In this document: piece after piece, positions 12,497-23,925 of the stretch
Layout: every line of letters begins with the position of its first letter
Numbering within the stretch: position 1 is the stretch's first letter
Source: Basidiobolus ranarum
Lineage: Eukaryota
Assembly: GCA_040143965.1 (NCBI GenBank)
Contig: JASJQH010000042.1
Coordinates: forward strand, 1-39,414
Reading direction: 5' to 3'
DNA: 39,414 nt
Made by a program: the position numbers and the translations under genes
Notes under the pieces: generated by a model
What the model was told of the DNA's origin: nothing
The model's input: only the letters and a program-made list of their open reading frames with translations
Databases searched by the model: none

Positions 12497-15281
12497 TCAA
12501 TTTACTTGCTCCTTGCCCAGCATACCAAGCTGTTGCAAGAATCCTCTGGGAGTGAGAAGTTCAGTGGATCCGTAAGTGATCTTCTTTTTAATTACCTGTC
12601 GCTGAATTCCATGTGAATCACGTTAGAAAGAGAGATCAAATCAGTCTACAATCTGATTATTTTACCTGGGCAAACTCCTGTAAATTTTGATATTCCACAT
12701 AATTTCCTCCACCCACAACGAACACAATAGCCTCTTGGAATGGGACTTTACCACGTGTATATTTTCCAACACTACTACGACTCAATTTAGGATTGAAATA
12801 AAGGTAATCATCCGTTTCGTTAATGACACTGTTAGGATCCATCATTTGTTCTACCACCTTGGTGACATTCAGATCTTTACGTGTGGGTAGCAAATTCTTG
12901 AAGCTAGATAAAAGATTTCCATAAGCTCCACCCATGATACCTCCTTCCTTCAAATGATCAGTTAACTAGTAAAATCACATATTTAGCAGGCTTAGTAGAT
13001 TCTCTTGATGGGAGAGGCAGCTTTAACCCCTTACCTTATTACTGATGGAACTAAAGCGATTAAGGAAATCTGGTCCCTTGTAAGCACTTGGGTTCACATT
13101 CGTGACCGAAGTCATGCGAGTGAAAGCACGAACCCTGATATTCCATATGGTTAGTGTGAAGGACTTCAACAAGCGGAACAAGCGATTCTCTGATATTACC
13201 TTTTGAGATAATACAACGGTTTCATATCACATTCTGCTTTTTCTAAAGCAGCTTCGTACTCATCCATATCTTCTTGTAAGATCTTTTCTACTGACAAGTA
13301 ATAAATCAAGAATAGACGCATCTTGTCCTCTGGCTTTTTGGTCGCATCGTTGATAGCCTCAAGGATGGTGCTTTTGTTCTAGTTCATGCCAATGTTACTC
13401 AAGAAAAGTGTCAAATGTTCACCTCAAGGTTAACTAACCTGTTTCCCCATAGACTCTTCCATTTGAAAGAAAACATCCAATTGACGATCTTTGATGATGT
13501 TTAAAAGTGCGGTAGCAATGTTCATATGCATATCAATGGTGGTTTTTCGAGCAGTCAACTCAGGAAGGGCCGTGATTGCGGACTTTAAGTGCTTGGCGTT
13601 AGAAGTAACGTCCCTGTAATTGAGATAGGTAGTTGGCTGTCAGCATCAAATATGACAGTGACTTAGACATGATATACCGACATTTGATTCACATCGTCAA
13701 GAGAAGTAAGGCCGCTCATTCGGGTGATTTCAGCTGCATCTTGCTTGTACTTGCTTAGCTCCAGATCGATTTCCTCTAAGGAAGATGTATCAATACAAGT
13801 CATTAAAAAGATCAGCATCCATTTGGACTATTACCGGCAACTTGAGGGAAAGGGGCAGATGCATTCTTAGCCCAAAAGAAGTCTTGAATGTCAAGATCAT
13901 AGCCTTTCTTGGTGACTCGTCCTTGATCTTGTGTCTATAATTATAAATATGTTATCGTCTAGTGGAACTAAGTGTCGTAACAAAATGTCTGATGGCTAAC
14001 CTGGATGACAATTCTGTTCAATTTCATATCCAACGCATCGTGAACCAAAGCTTGGTATGTCCATGAATGGCTGAATAATGGAGCAAGATCAATGCTTCTA
14101 TCAAGCAAAATAAGTACTAAAAAGTATAAAACAAAAACGGTTAGTAAGACTGGCTCTTGCCAGTGGACTAGGAGAATACTTGCCTGGACTCTGTGTAGCT
14201 AGCCCATTAGTATCAGCGAACAGGTTTGCTCTGTTGTTCAATACATGATCTCTTAGTTTACTATCAAGACGCTGAGATATCATCTCGGCGGCACCACCCC
14301 TAGGGCATCTAATAACGGGAACAACACCTAATGAACATATTAGTAAACACCATTGCAATGTGTAAATATGCGAAGAACAATACCCATGGTCACTAGCACA
14401 GAGAACAGTGAATTGACAATTTGATCAATCATGCCTTGTATAGAGGTTTCAGGGGCAGAAGGATCATTCAACTGAAGGTAAGAATTCTGTATGTTCAAAG
14501 AGAACATGTTGGATTCCGAGCATACAAAATTCAGATATTGATCGTACACCTATTCAAAAATAACTTAGATAAGATGTCACAACTATAAAGAAAAATAAAG
14601 CACTACTTGAGCGATTTGATCTGAGGAGTTTGTGGTAATAGCAACGGAAGCAAGATCTTCAAGTAACGGGCGAGGAAGAGCAGAAGAAAAATTCAAATAA
14701 TATGACTCGTAAAGATTCTTTGTAAAATCCTGTATCAACCTTGATGTTAAATAAAGCCAAGCTATATCAAAGATGTCACTAAACTAGGGTAAGTCTCTAC
14801 CCTACTCTACCTCACTAATCTTCCTAACATTTTCTTGGGTAGGTTCTACAAAATAAATGGCGGGGACATCAGGGATTGGCAAACGCTCACTATTTAAAAG
14901 CCTATTGTGTTTTGAAGAGGTAAGGAAACTAAAAATATTGGTTGATTGACATCAATGAAGCTTAAGTGTCCTACATATGGACTGTGACTCCGTTTTCTCG
15001 TAAATCATTGACACGAAGCACAGAGGAAATGAGGTCTTGACCGAATTGATCGAAGATGAGGACCTTCCAAACAGGATCACCTGATGCTAATCCAATCAGT
15101 GGAATGTTAGACTCTTCGTTGGTTGATGTGTCCTCATGATTGAGGTTGAGCATTTTAACGATAGCATCTGTGAAGTAAAAAATTGGACGGCTTAGGAAAT
15201 GGTTAACTTTACAATGGAGCAGTCAAAAACAAAGAACTTACCTATTTGTTTATCCCTCAAGGATTTTTCAGTAGTCTCCAT
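12497..15281 (-). CDS. SLY1: Sec1/Munc18-family protein Sly1, about 13 exons
   Basis: [96 protein letters not shown] and YGSTELL. Confidence 0.95.
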
Positions 15282-16760
15282 ATTTTGTAACGTTCTTGGA
15301 TAAAGTTGGCTTAACGTGACCTCGTCCTGTACAGTTTAGAGGAATATGCTATGCTATGAGTTTATGATAGAAGATTGGAAATAGCTTTAATTAGATATTT
15401 GTGGCAATTCTAAATAATTATTGAATTTGAGAAAAACAAATTACGAACAGTTAAAATCAGCATATTATTGAATCAGGCTTAATAGTTTGGTATACGTGGT
15501 GAGTTTGATTTGGTCCAAATGTTACTATGGTTAGCATTTGTTAAGCAACAATTAATGCCATCAATGTTTGTTTAATAATTAAGGATTTCCTTCGAAGCAT
15601 TTTAATCTCACATTTTATTCATTGTAAGCATTGCTAACCCATTGCTCATTTCCAAGAATAGTCTACGTAAATAGAAGAAATAACGATGGCTTATCATATT
15701 ATATTCTTGTCGCTACTATTGTGGAGAAAGTATGAGATAGCCTAACCCTAACCCTAAGCCACCTGCCAGTATGTGTCGCCTTGGCCTGCAGAAACTGGAA
15801 ATTTATTCAGCCAGCTTTGACCAATTAAAGTTCCAAGTGTACGTAAAGGTTGTACGTGTATAGTAAACCGAAGGTAAACCATTTAACGATGATTGAATGT
15901 CAATCCAAAATGACATTATATCGGTGAAATGGGAATATAAGGTTTTCATGAAGACGGCGTGAGAACCATTGAAGATCTTGACGCCAGATGTTAAATTTAC
16001 CCGCTGCTCTTCCCTTGAATATGCCTGATTCTTACCTAGATTCACCTGCTACATTTCCATTTTTATATTATACATATATAACGTACATATAAACAGGAAA
16101 CATCAATCGCATACTAGAAGTCCCCTCAATCCCACTCTATTCCTGTTGTTGATCTGGCTTTAATCAATGTATACTCTTGAATCCGGGGTAGGGTGACCCC
16201 CTGAAAGCACCTTTGGATGAAGTTGAAGTTACAACTCATCTCCAATAATTGGATCAGCATTCACTGTCTTCGCGACTCTTGAAGCTATAAATTAGCAATA
16301 CTGTAATGGCATGCAAGAAAGGAGTCAGTTGAACCTTAAGCCATTGATCTTCTCCCATTATCGTCTCTCCCTATTCTCCTTTTGCCCCTTAACTTTCACT
16401 TCTCCACTTGCGTAAACGTAGCCAGTATAATCTCCTTAACCTGTCATACAATAACCATTTTGTGGGCCTTTTTACTCAGATCAGACATCCCTTTATTTTC
16501 TTTTCTTTTAAAAAAGCCAATCTCCCATTGCTTTGCTCTTGGAATGAATATTGATATTACTTTTTAAAAGCATTCATCCAAGGAGCTAACGAAATCCCAC
16601 TAAATCCTTACACTCACATATCCCTATAATTAACGATCCTTTGCACCTCTCCTTTAGTTTGATATTCATCAGACCATAATATAACATAGTATATACGAAC
16701 GTAATTATATTCAACAAAGCTAACTTACCTATTTGGGCACTATAATACACAACAAATAGG

Positions 16761-17381
16761 ATGCCAGCTTTAACGCTTTGTGGAGTTAGGGAAGAAGCTC
16801 GTGAGCTAGGACAACGACTCTTTGAAGAAGATATATATTTTCAGTTACCTCTTACAGAACCAAAGATAATTGAATTCGAACGAGAACATTTCATTCGTTT
16901 ACCTGAAGACTATCGTATTGTACTCAGTCAAGTAGGAAACGGAACCTGTCCGAGCGGTGGAATTCTACCATTAGGCTATGTTCCGTATGAATATCCCGTA
17001 CCTTATAACGACTTATTAAGAAACCTCTGCGAGCCTTTTCCTTTAACCGAGGACTTCATATTTGAAGCTGAAGGTAACTTAGAAGAGGATTTTTTGGATT
17101 CTTTGAACCACGGTCATTTGGTCTTGGCCAGTGATGACTATCTTAGCCACTGGATACTTATAGTTGAAGGGCCTTCGAGGGGGGAGGTGTGGCGAAGAAA
17201 GAGTGACATAGGCTTTACACGCTGCGCTGCCAAAATGGAGTTTTTAGGTTGGCTAGAAGAAAGACTGATAGCCCTTAAAAGTCGAATTGAAGAAACTAGC
17301 GATGATGATAGCGATATGGGTATGGATACGGATGAAGAGTCGGACGGTGAATGGGAAGAGGATGTCAAAGATGAAGTGTAA
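16761..17381 (+). CDS. SMI1/KNR4 (SUKH) family protein, intronless CDS with acidic tail
   Basis: PLTEPKIIEFEREHFIRLPEDYRIVLSQVGNG matches the SUKH N-terminal motif (E..I..FE..HG.RLP.DY). Later PFPL, LIVEGPSRGEVW and FLGWLE resemble bacterial members. Confidence 0.8.
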   Translation: MPALTLCGVREEARELGQRLFEEDIYFQLPLTEPKIIEFEREHFIRLPEDYRIVLSQVGNGTCPSGGILPLGYVPYEYPVPYNDLLRNLCEPFPLTEDFIFEAEGNLEEDFLDSLNHGHLVLASDDYLSHWILIVEGPSRGEVWRRKSDIGFTRCAAKMEFLGWLEERLIALKSRIEETSDDDSDMGMDTDEESDGEWEEDVKDEV

Positions 17382-18081
17382 TTCCTCAATCCACCTTTCA
17401 CTATACAAACTATATTCACTTTTCTCTATTCTGTACTACTACATCAACATATCACTCAATTGAAAATATCCTTGTTCTAGGCAATTTCTACTTTTTTCAC
17501 GTGGTCGTGGCCTAAAAGCTTTCGATTATTTCTCATGTAAATACTTCCAATAGAAGAAGATCTTACTTCATCCGTCGCGTGCGAAGTTTAGAGTACAAAA
17601 TAGACGTACTTGAATATGTTTATATCCCTTAACCCAATCTCAGTTGACACAAATAAATACTTGAACGGCAAGTGAATCAAGAAACTCATGATCCATCGTA
17701 AATATTGGAATTTTGGTGGGTTACCAGATTCAACAGTAAAGTTGTGGGACGTTTCATTGCTTCTACACTAACTCATCATATAAGCGGGATTATTTAACTT
17801 CTCCATTGGCTGGATTCCAGCTGTTTCATGAAGGCATAAGCTTATTGATACAAGGTTCAGCTTTTCTTTGTATTGCCTCATCATATTTAATGCAAGATAT
17901 TGAAGCATTCAGATACGTTTTAGAGCAGAGCAACTGTTAAAGAATAAACCGCTTGTGGTATCTGCTACAGACTAATCCGAAACCTGCAACATGATATCTC
18001 CGAAAGTACATTATAATACGGATATATAACTTAAAGATTAACGGTAAGTTTTTGATATCTGGTGATCTCTTCTGTCTCATA

Positions 18082-19309
18082 ATGCGTTCACTTTACCTTC
18101 AACTAGCTTTGATCTCTCTTGCGGCAGCCTTACCAGTAGATCAAGTAGTATTTAGTTTAAAGAAAAACAATGGAGTCATCAGCGATACACTTTCATCAAC
18201 TGGAGATGTAAAGAATATTCAGATTTCCTGGGATGGCAAAGACATCAATACACCTAAACTTAAACAGCAGAACCTCGAACGTAAAATGACCATGTATCCA
18301 TTAGATCAAAATCTACCTATAAACCAGGGTAAAATGAATGCGGAAGGCTCAGGTACTTCACTATGCATGGTCAAAAATACGAGTAGCAACTAACCCTCCA
18401 TAGAATTGAAAATGCAGGAGACTGGATGTGACGGAATGGATAGTGAGTACAATGATCCATTGGTGGCAATCCCTCTAGATATGATTAAAGGACAGTCTCA
18501 AGATTATCCAATAAGTGAAGATCCTTTTGGCCTTGGAAATGATGGTAAATGGTAAAAACTTTGAGAGCTACAGTATCAACTCTAAATTCCCATCTAGGTA
18601 TATTTACACAGTTGATTCCTCAACCATTCATGGGTATGTTGAAGATTTTCTAGAATAGGGAATTCCTGACCGCTCTTTACTCATCAATTCCCTTTTTCGT
18701 CAGATAATACTATCCAATCTGGAATGAGTGATCTTTTACAACCAAGTAGGTCAAAATAGGTGATTTTTTTATACCTCAAATGGCTCTAACATCTCGTTTA
18801 GGTATTTTCGCTAGCCCATTCAGTCAAATCCAAAATCTCATTTCTGGTAAGTGGTGTAAATATATCTTATTGGGTAACTGCTCGTTAATATTTATCCCAT
18901 CCTCAGGAACAAACTTCATCCCAGGATTTCCTACAGGAATCCTACAAGGTGAGATTATCCTCTTTTACCTAACTCAGCGCTTGTCCACTAATTTTAATCA
19001 CATCCCTTCAAGATATGATGTCTAACTTGCCATTTGGTAATGGAATGATCGAACTTGGCTCACCTATGGATGGTATTTTACTTAGTAAAGCTTAACATTA
19101 TGCACATATTCCCTTAAGCAAAATCCATACATAGGCATCAACATGAGTCCAGAGCTTGGTGTTGAGATGTCCGAAATGCTAGTTCCGGATGGTTTCCCAT
19201 TACCAGATCTAACCTCAGTAAGTAAGAGTGGAATCTGTACTTAGCAAACACACCATTCATTTACACTTAATTCCAGGGACTCTCAATGATGGAAATCTTG
19301 GTGACATAA
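18082..19309 (+). CDS. Secreted orphan protein (~250 aa), 9 exons: 18082-18352, 18404-18544, 18598-18633, 18704-18745, 18802-18846, 18907-18948, 19013-19072, 19135-19217, 19277-19309
   Basis: Signal peptide MRSLYLQLALISLAAA-LP. Eight GT-AG introns splice into one uninterrupted 753-nt frame. The product is Pro/Gly/Met/acid-rich. Confidence 0.75.
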
Positions 19310-19462
19310 AACTTGGGATAATTGAACCAACCTGTCGGCTTTTGTTGAAAAAAAAACTAATAAAACACGTCTTTAATTAAATAAGTGGGGATTAAATGTT
19401 CAGTATTTGAATGGTTGTGATTTACACGAGATAAATCGCTCTATTTCCTATATATACTCCCT

Positions 19463-20425
19463 TTAAATAAGAATTCGGGAGTAAACGTCATCTCCGATTA
19501 ATGGGACAATCTCCTTCAATTGTTCTTTAACGAAGAGTCGAATCTCCTCAGTAGTTAAAGCAGCAGCACGAAGAATTACACCATCTTCATCACCAATCAC
19601 CGATGCGGACCAAATAGGACTTTGAGGAGGAAGTTTGGAGCTTCTTGGTGAGATGGTGATTTGATTAAATTGTTCAAGAATACTATGGACCAAAGTCTTC
19701 AATTGGGGACCATATAACACCAGGATAGCGTAACATTCATAAGGAGCAACACGATAACCATAATTTGTACGTTGTCCAAAGTGATTCATGGATTGTTTGG
19801 TCTCTTCTGAACGTAATTCATCACCTTCCAATTCTTTCACTCTATGATCATCACGAATAAGCTGAGCGTCACGAAGGACAAGTTTATCATCATGATAAAT
19901 ATTGTTAATGGAGTTATATTCGGCAAATTCCCAGCTTTCTCCTCTACTCATTCTACCACTGGTAAACCAATCGAGTAAAACCAAGGAACCGGTCCCGGAG
20001 AGGCGAAAGTCTTGTGTCTGATGATACATAGCATCTTTGAAGCAGGTCACTTGGTCAGGAAGTAATACTAAGAGGGCATCTTCTTCTATGACATACTTGA
20101 AATGTTGTGCTGAGGCGTCAGTAGAGAGTGGCAGATTAGGGTTTCTCTTTTTGAACACTTTGGTAGAACCTTGAGTGAGCATGGATAATTTGGCACCTTT
20201 CTTTACTGCAACGTCCATGGTGACCACGTCACCGCAAACCAAACCACCACCATAGGTTAAAGAGTAGATTAGAGCGGTCTTTTTCAAGAGAGCAGATGGT
20301 CGGATCAATTTTAAAGGATAACGTGAATGGAAACGGGTTAGGGTGGCGGTTTCTCCTACCAAGGCACACTCAATTTTACCTTGGCCTTGCTCTATAGTAA
20401 TGGTTTTGGAGAGGATTTTAGACAT
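19463..20425 (-). CDS. ureD: Urease accessory protein UreD/UreH (Ure4), intronless
   Basis: YPLKLI, TYGGGLVCGD, LTQGSTKVFK, LLPDQVTCF, LLDWFTSGRMSRGESW and LVLRD. ATG at 20425. Confidence 0.93.
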   Translation of the reverse strand: MSKILSKTITIEQGQGKIECALVGETATLTRFHSRYPLKLIRPSALLKKTALIYSLTYGGGLVCGDVVTMDVAVKKGAKLSMLTQGSTKVFKKRNPNLPLSTDASAQHFKYVIEEDALLVLLPDQVTCFKDAMYHQTQDFRLSGTGSLVLLDWFTSGRMSRGESWEFAEYNSINNIYHDDKLVLRDAQLIRDDHRVKELEGDELRSEETKQSMNHFGQRTNYGYRVAPYECYAILVLYGPQLKTLVHSILEQFNQITISPRSSKLPPQSPIWSASVIGDEDGVILRAAALTTEEIRLFVKEQLKEIVPLIGDDVYSRILI

Positions 20426-21614
20426 GAGGAAAGATAGATATGGACAAGAAGACACGCGGTTAAGATTTCAAGTATTAATCAGTGAGATTTATTGTTGTTC
20501 ATGTGGATTCTTTTATGTAAAAAATCCACCCGGTGGCTAGATTCACTAGATTATAATTGGTAAAAATCATTTACTAAATATGGGAAACATCCATATATAT
20601 ATACTTCACTGAATCTGGTAAAAATATGGAAATCGAATGGGCTCGTTTCCATTTTACCTTGATCATAGAAAATACTGTTTTTAGAAAAGCTGAGTTCAAT
20701 CCCACGAGTATAGGGCTAGCTAGAATAGGGGGAGGGGGAGAGGGAGGGTGGTGAGACAGGGATAATGGAAACAAAACATATGTAGTAAACATACAAGGTG
20801 GCAAGAAATAGGGGTGACAATAGGGATGAGGTATTTACTTAAAAGAAGCTATAGACTCCAAAAGTATATCCTAGCTCAAAATAATCCATTACGTGTACAA
20901 CGGTTTCTGATGGTAAAGAATTGAGCATCAAGCGCTTAGTCAGCTAATCCAGAATATCTCTAAGATTATCAGACTTCATAACTAAACCAACCTCAAGATT
21001 AAGATTATCATCATTTCGCTAGTTGTGCAAGTCCATACCTTATGAATAGTACTAATTAATAGTAGGATAAATATAGAGCGAAATAAAAACATTCCCTAAT
21101 TCAAGTTATCAAATATGATATTCGAAACTTAACTCTCGTATAAATGAGTTTAGCTAGGTTTAATTCCAGTGTTCCTTTAAACAATAACTTGAGATTTAGT
21201 CAATGTAGCAATATTGATACTGGATAGATATAGTTACCAGTAAGAAATATCTATCTTGGGGAGAATATTTGGAATCTGAGTTATTGTGTAGGAATATCAA
21301 GCGAAACTCATTTAAATAACGCGATACTAACCAAATATTTAAACTTGGTTTGAGGAAGAAAATATACGAATTCAACAACAACCATATTTGATCTGTTAAA
21401 GCTGATAGATATTGTTTTTTTCTTCAAAATTCGATCTATTTATTGCACTTACCCCTTGCTTAGATAGACAGGGGACAGTTGAATGGGGTTTTTTTTTCAT
21501 TAAATGATGAGTATATAAGGTTGTTTTTCTTCCTAAGGATAAGTCACTCAAAATCATCGATAGCATTGACAGCGGAGTTGTAAATAGGTAAGTGAGAGAA
21601 AAGTTTATATTAGC

Positions 21615-21703
21615 GAAGTGGATGACGAGACTAAGCACGTCAGTCAGTAAGTTCTTCGGAACAGTGTTGACCCAATTATCTATACCCAAATTTCCGACAC
21701 TTC
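21615..21703 (+). ncRNA. Box C/D snoRNA copy 1 (snR40-like)
   Basis: C box ATGACGA at 21622, variant D box CCGA at 21694-21697, terminal stem GAAGTG/CACTTC. Guide CTATACCCAAATT is antisense to LSU rRNA AAUUUGGGUAUAG. Confidence 0.8.
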
Positions 21704-21825
21704 AATCCTACTTCATTCCTATGACACTTTTATTAATTTTCCCATTTCATAGATTGTAAAATAGCTCTCTGCAAGTTCTTGTCTAATCTGAAGTCAATTA
21801 ATGTAAGTATTTTTTAGTGAAATAA

Positions 21826-21920
21826 TGCATCTAGAATGACGAGACTAAGCACGTCAGTCAGTAAGTTCTTCGGAACGCTGTTGACCCAATTATCTATACC
21901 CAAATTTCTGACTAGATGCA
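21826..21920 (+). ncRNA. Box C/D snoRNA copy 2 (snR40-like)
   Basis: C box ATGACGA at 21836, D box CTGA at 21908-21911, 9-bp stem TGCATCTAG/CTAGATGCA, internal GTTC-TTCG-GAAC hairpin, C'-like TGTTGA. Confidence 0.85.
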
Positions 21921-22048
21921 CAATTCTATTTTTTTTTTCATTCCAACTTATCGTTCTCTCTTCAGGATTTACAGTATGTACATATAAGCGAATTACATCT
22001 GGAGGTTTATGACTTTGTAATGGTAAATATCTTTCATTATGTGAATTG

Positions 22049-22137
22049 TATGCGAATGACGAGACTAAGCACGTCAGTCAGTAAGTTCCTCGGAACGCTG
22101 TTGACCCAATTATCTATACCCAAATTTCTGACGCATA
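22049..22137 (+). ncRNA. Box C/D snoRNA copy 3 (snR40-like)
   Basis: C box at 22056, D box CTGA at 22128-22131, stem TATGCG/CGCATA, same guides as copies 1 and 2. Confidence 0.85.
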
Positions 22138-23925
22138 TTTAAACATTATCCAACACTTATTCATCTTGCTAATTACTTTCAATTAGTTTCCTTATAGGCA
22201 TCACAAATAAATAAATCATTTAAACCAAACTATTGATCATTATCTTTTTGTTAATCAACCATCATGGAAATATAGAATGTGTATTCGCTATTGATAAGCA
22301 GTGATAGCTTTAAACAAGCTTAAATTATAATTATCAATGTCTTACAATATTTCTTTTCGACATCAGCAGCTAGTGTTTAAAATCAGGGTCTTATAGTTAG
22401 TTGTATGTATAATCATTTAATCGGATGGAGCTATTGCAATTATCCATCAAGTTTCAGTAAATACAAAATTAGAAAATGGAATTACTATTACCAATATTTC
22501 TGAATATGCATAGATGAGAAGTGTAATGGAGTATTTATTTCGGCACCTTGTTCATCTAGAGATATACTTGGATTATAGAGCATCGATAGTTAATGATGTG
22601 TCTCATTTTAGCATAGATATCTTGATTCGTTTGTTGCTGATTTCTTGTATGTGCTTCTAATTATCTACTCTTGACTTGGCTAATAAGAATAATCACTGAA
22701 CAGTAGACATAATTTATATCAGTACATACCGCAACTGTATTCCGATGCAGTCATGCATTAAACTCTTGTTTGAATAGAATAAACTAGCTAACCCTAATTA
22801 TCAAAGATATCGTAGGGGTACGAGAAAAGCCACATCGCTTGCAATCACGATTTCTCATCTTGGTAAGTTTGAACCAAGAGATTTTTTAGATATACCGAAA
22901 TGAAAGGCTTTCACTACATGTGAGTTAGTTGACTTGAGTTATCTTTTACTTGACCCAGGTTTACGCGTTTTTTTGCCACTAATTTTTGGAATAATTATAT
23001 CGATGATATATAAATGGTTAAATCATATCGTAATATTTACTAACTACTAAAGGAATTTCTCTTCAAAAATGGTAATGAACTTATCGATCGGGAGAGTACA
23101 ACTCCAAGTCTAACCCAGCTTTGGAGGCTCTATGGGAGACATGTTGAGGACCACCCCCTAATTATACCTTCGTTATTCGATACTAGATTTGATATGAACT
23201 GAAGTACTAGTCGCTCATGTGCATGTGGGAAGACATTTAACGACAGCATTTGGTTCCAAGTCACTTCCGTTGGTAAACAGAAAACCGGATTTTCACATGA
23301 CAATTATCGATCCTTCCGTAGCATATCGTAATGGAAATAAGATTGGTGACTGATTTAAAATTTACCAGGATATTATCAGCTTGTATGATTACCCTCAGGG
23401 GAAAAAAAAAGCAAAGTTATTCCTTGGTGATGGAATCCATATATAGATTCCTCATAGCAACAAATACGAATGAAAACATGGAAGTTATACATGCTAATAA
23501 ATGTAGCGAAAGACTGGCGTATTTAAGGGGCGAATCCCAATGCAGTAACAATGATAATTCTTCTTTCTTGGCTCATTGTCAAAACTTGACGAAATCCCCT
23601 AAATCTGTACAATCGCTGCACTGAGAATGGGTGTCTGTACTATATTTGGTGAAAAAATAAATTTGAATGTTGCACAAACACTGCAGCTGGTCATATTGCC
23701 AACGGTCATGATTAAAATGCTATATTATATCTATATTGGTACATGTCGATGATGGTTCGGGACCTGAGTTCGATCACGAACATTCCAACCTAATTAGGTT
23801 GATATGTAGAGATTGGATGAGATTGGTTCCGGTGTAACCGAAACCCTATATAATGAGAACAAGTAGCCAAGAATACAGCACCAAAAGAATTCTCTCGCTT
23901 CTCCCACTATATATATATTTTTACC

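Larger units (their letters stand above)
21530..22215 (+). ncRNA. Non-coding snoRNA host gene with 3 introns (21588-21752, 21803-21965, 22023-22186); transcript ends approximate
   Basis: TATA-like TATATAA at ~21512. Donors GTAAGT, GTAAGT and GTAAAT; pyrimidine-rich acceptors, with a GCTAAT branch site in intron 3. Internal exons of 50 and 57 nt have no meaningful ORF. AATAAA at ~22206. Confidence 0.75.

Noticed and set aside
21396-21689. 97-aa minus-strand ORF
   Set aside because: It is antisense to the snoRNA host, has a non-ATG start and shows no recognisable motifs.
21622-22132. CRISPR array interpretation of the triple repeat
   Set aside because: Repeats (77 bp) and spacers (~140 bp) are too long, there are no cas genes and the context is eukaryotic. 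C/D boxes, rRNA antisense guides and splice signals explain the structure.
22593-22640. Possible fourth C/D snoRNA (ATGATGT...CTGA)
   Set aside because: Too short (~47 nt), no convincing terminal stem and no recognisable rRNA guide.
23754-23782. tRNA-like GTTCGATC T-loop/B-box
   Set aside because: No cloverleaf, D-arm or acceptor stem could be built.
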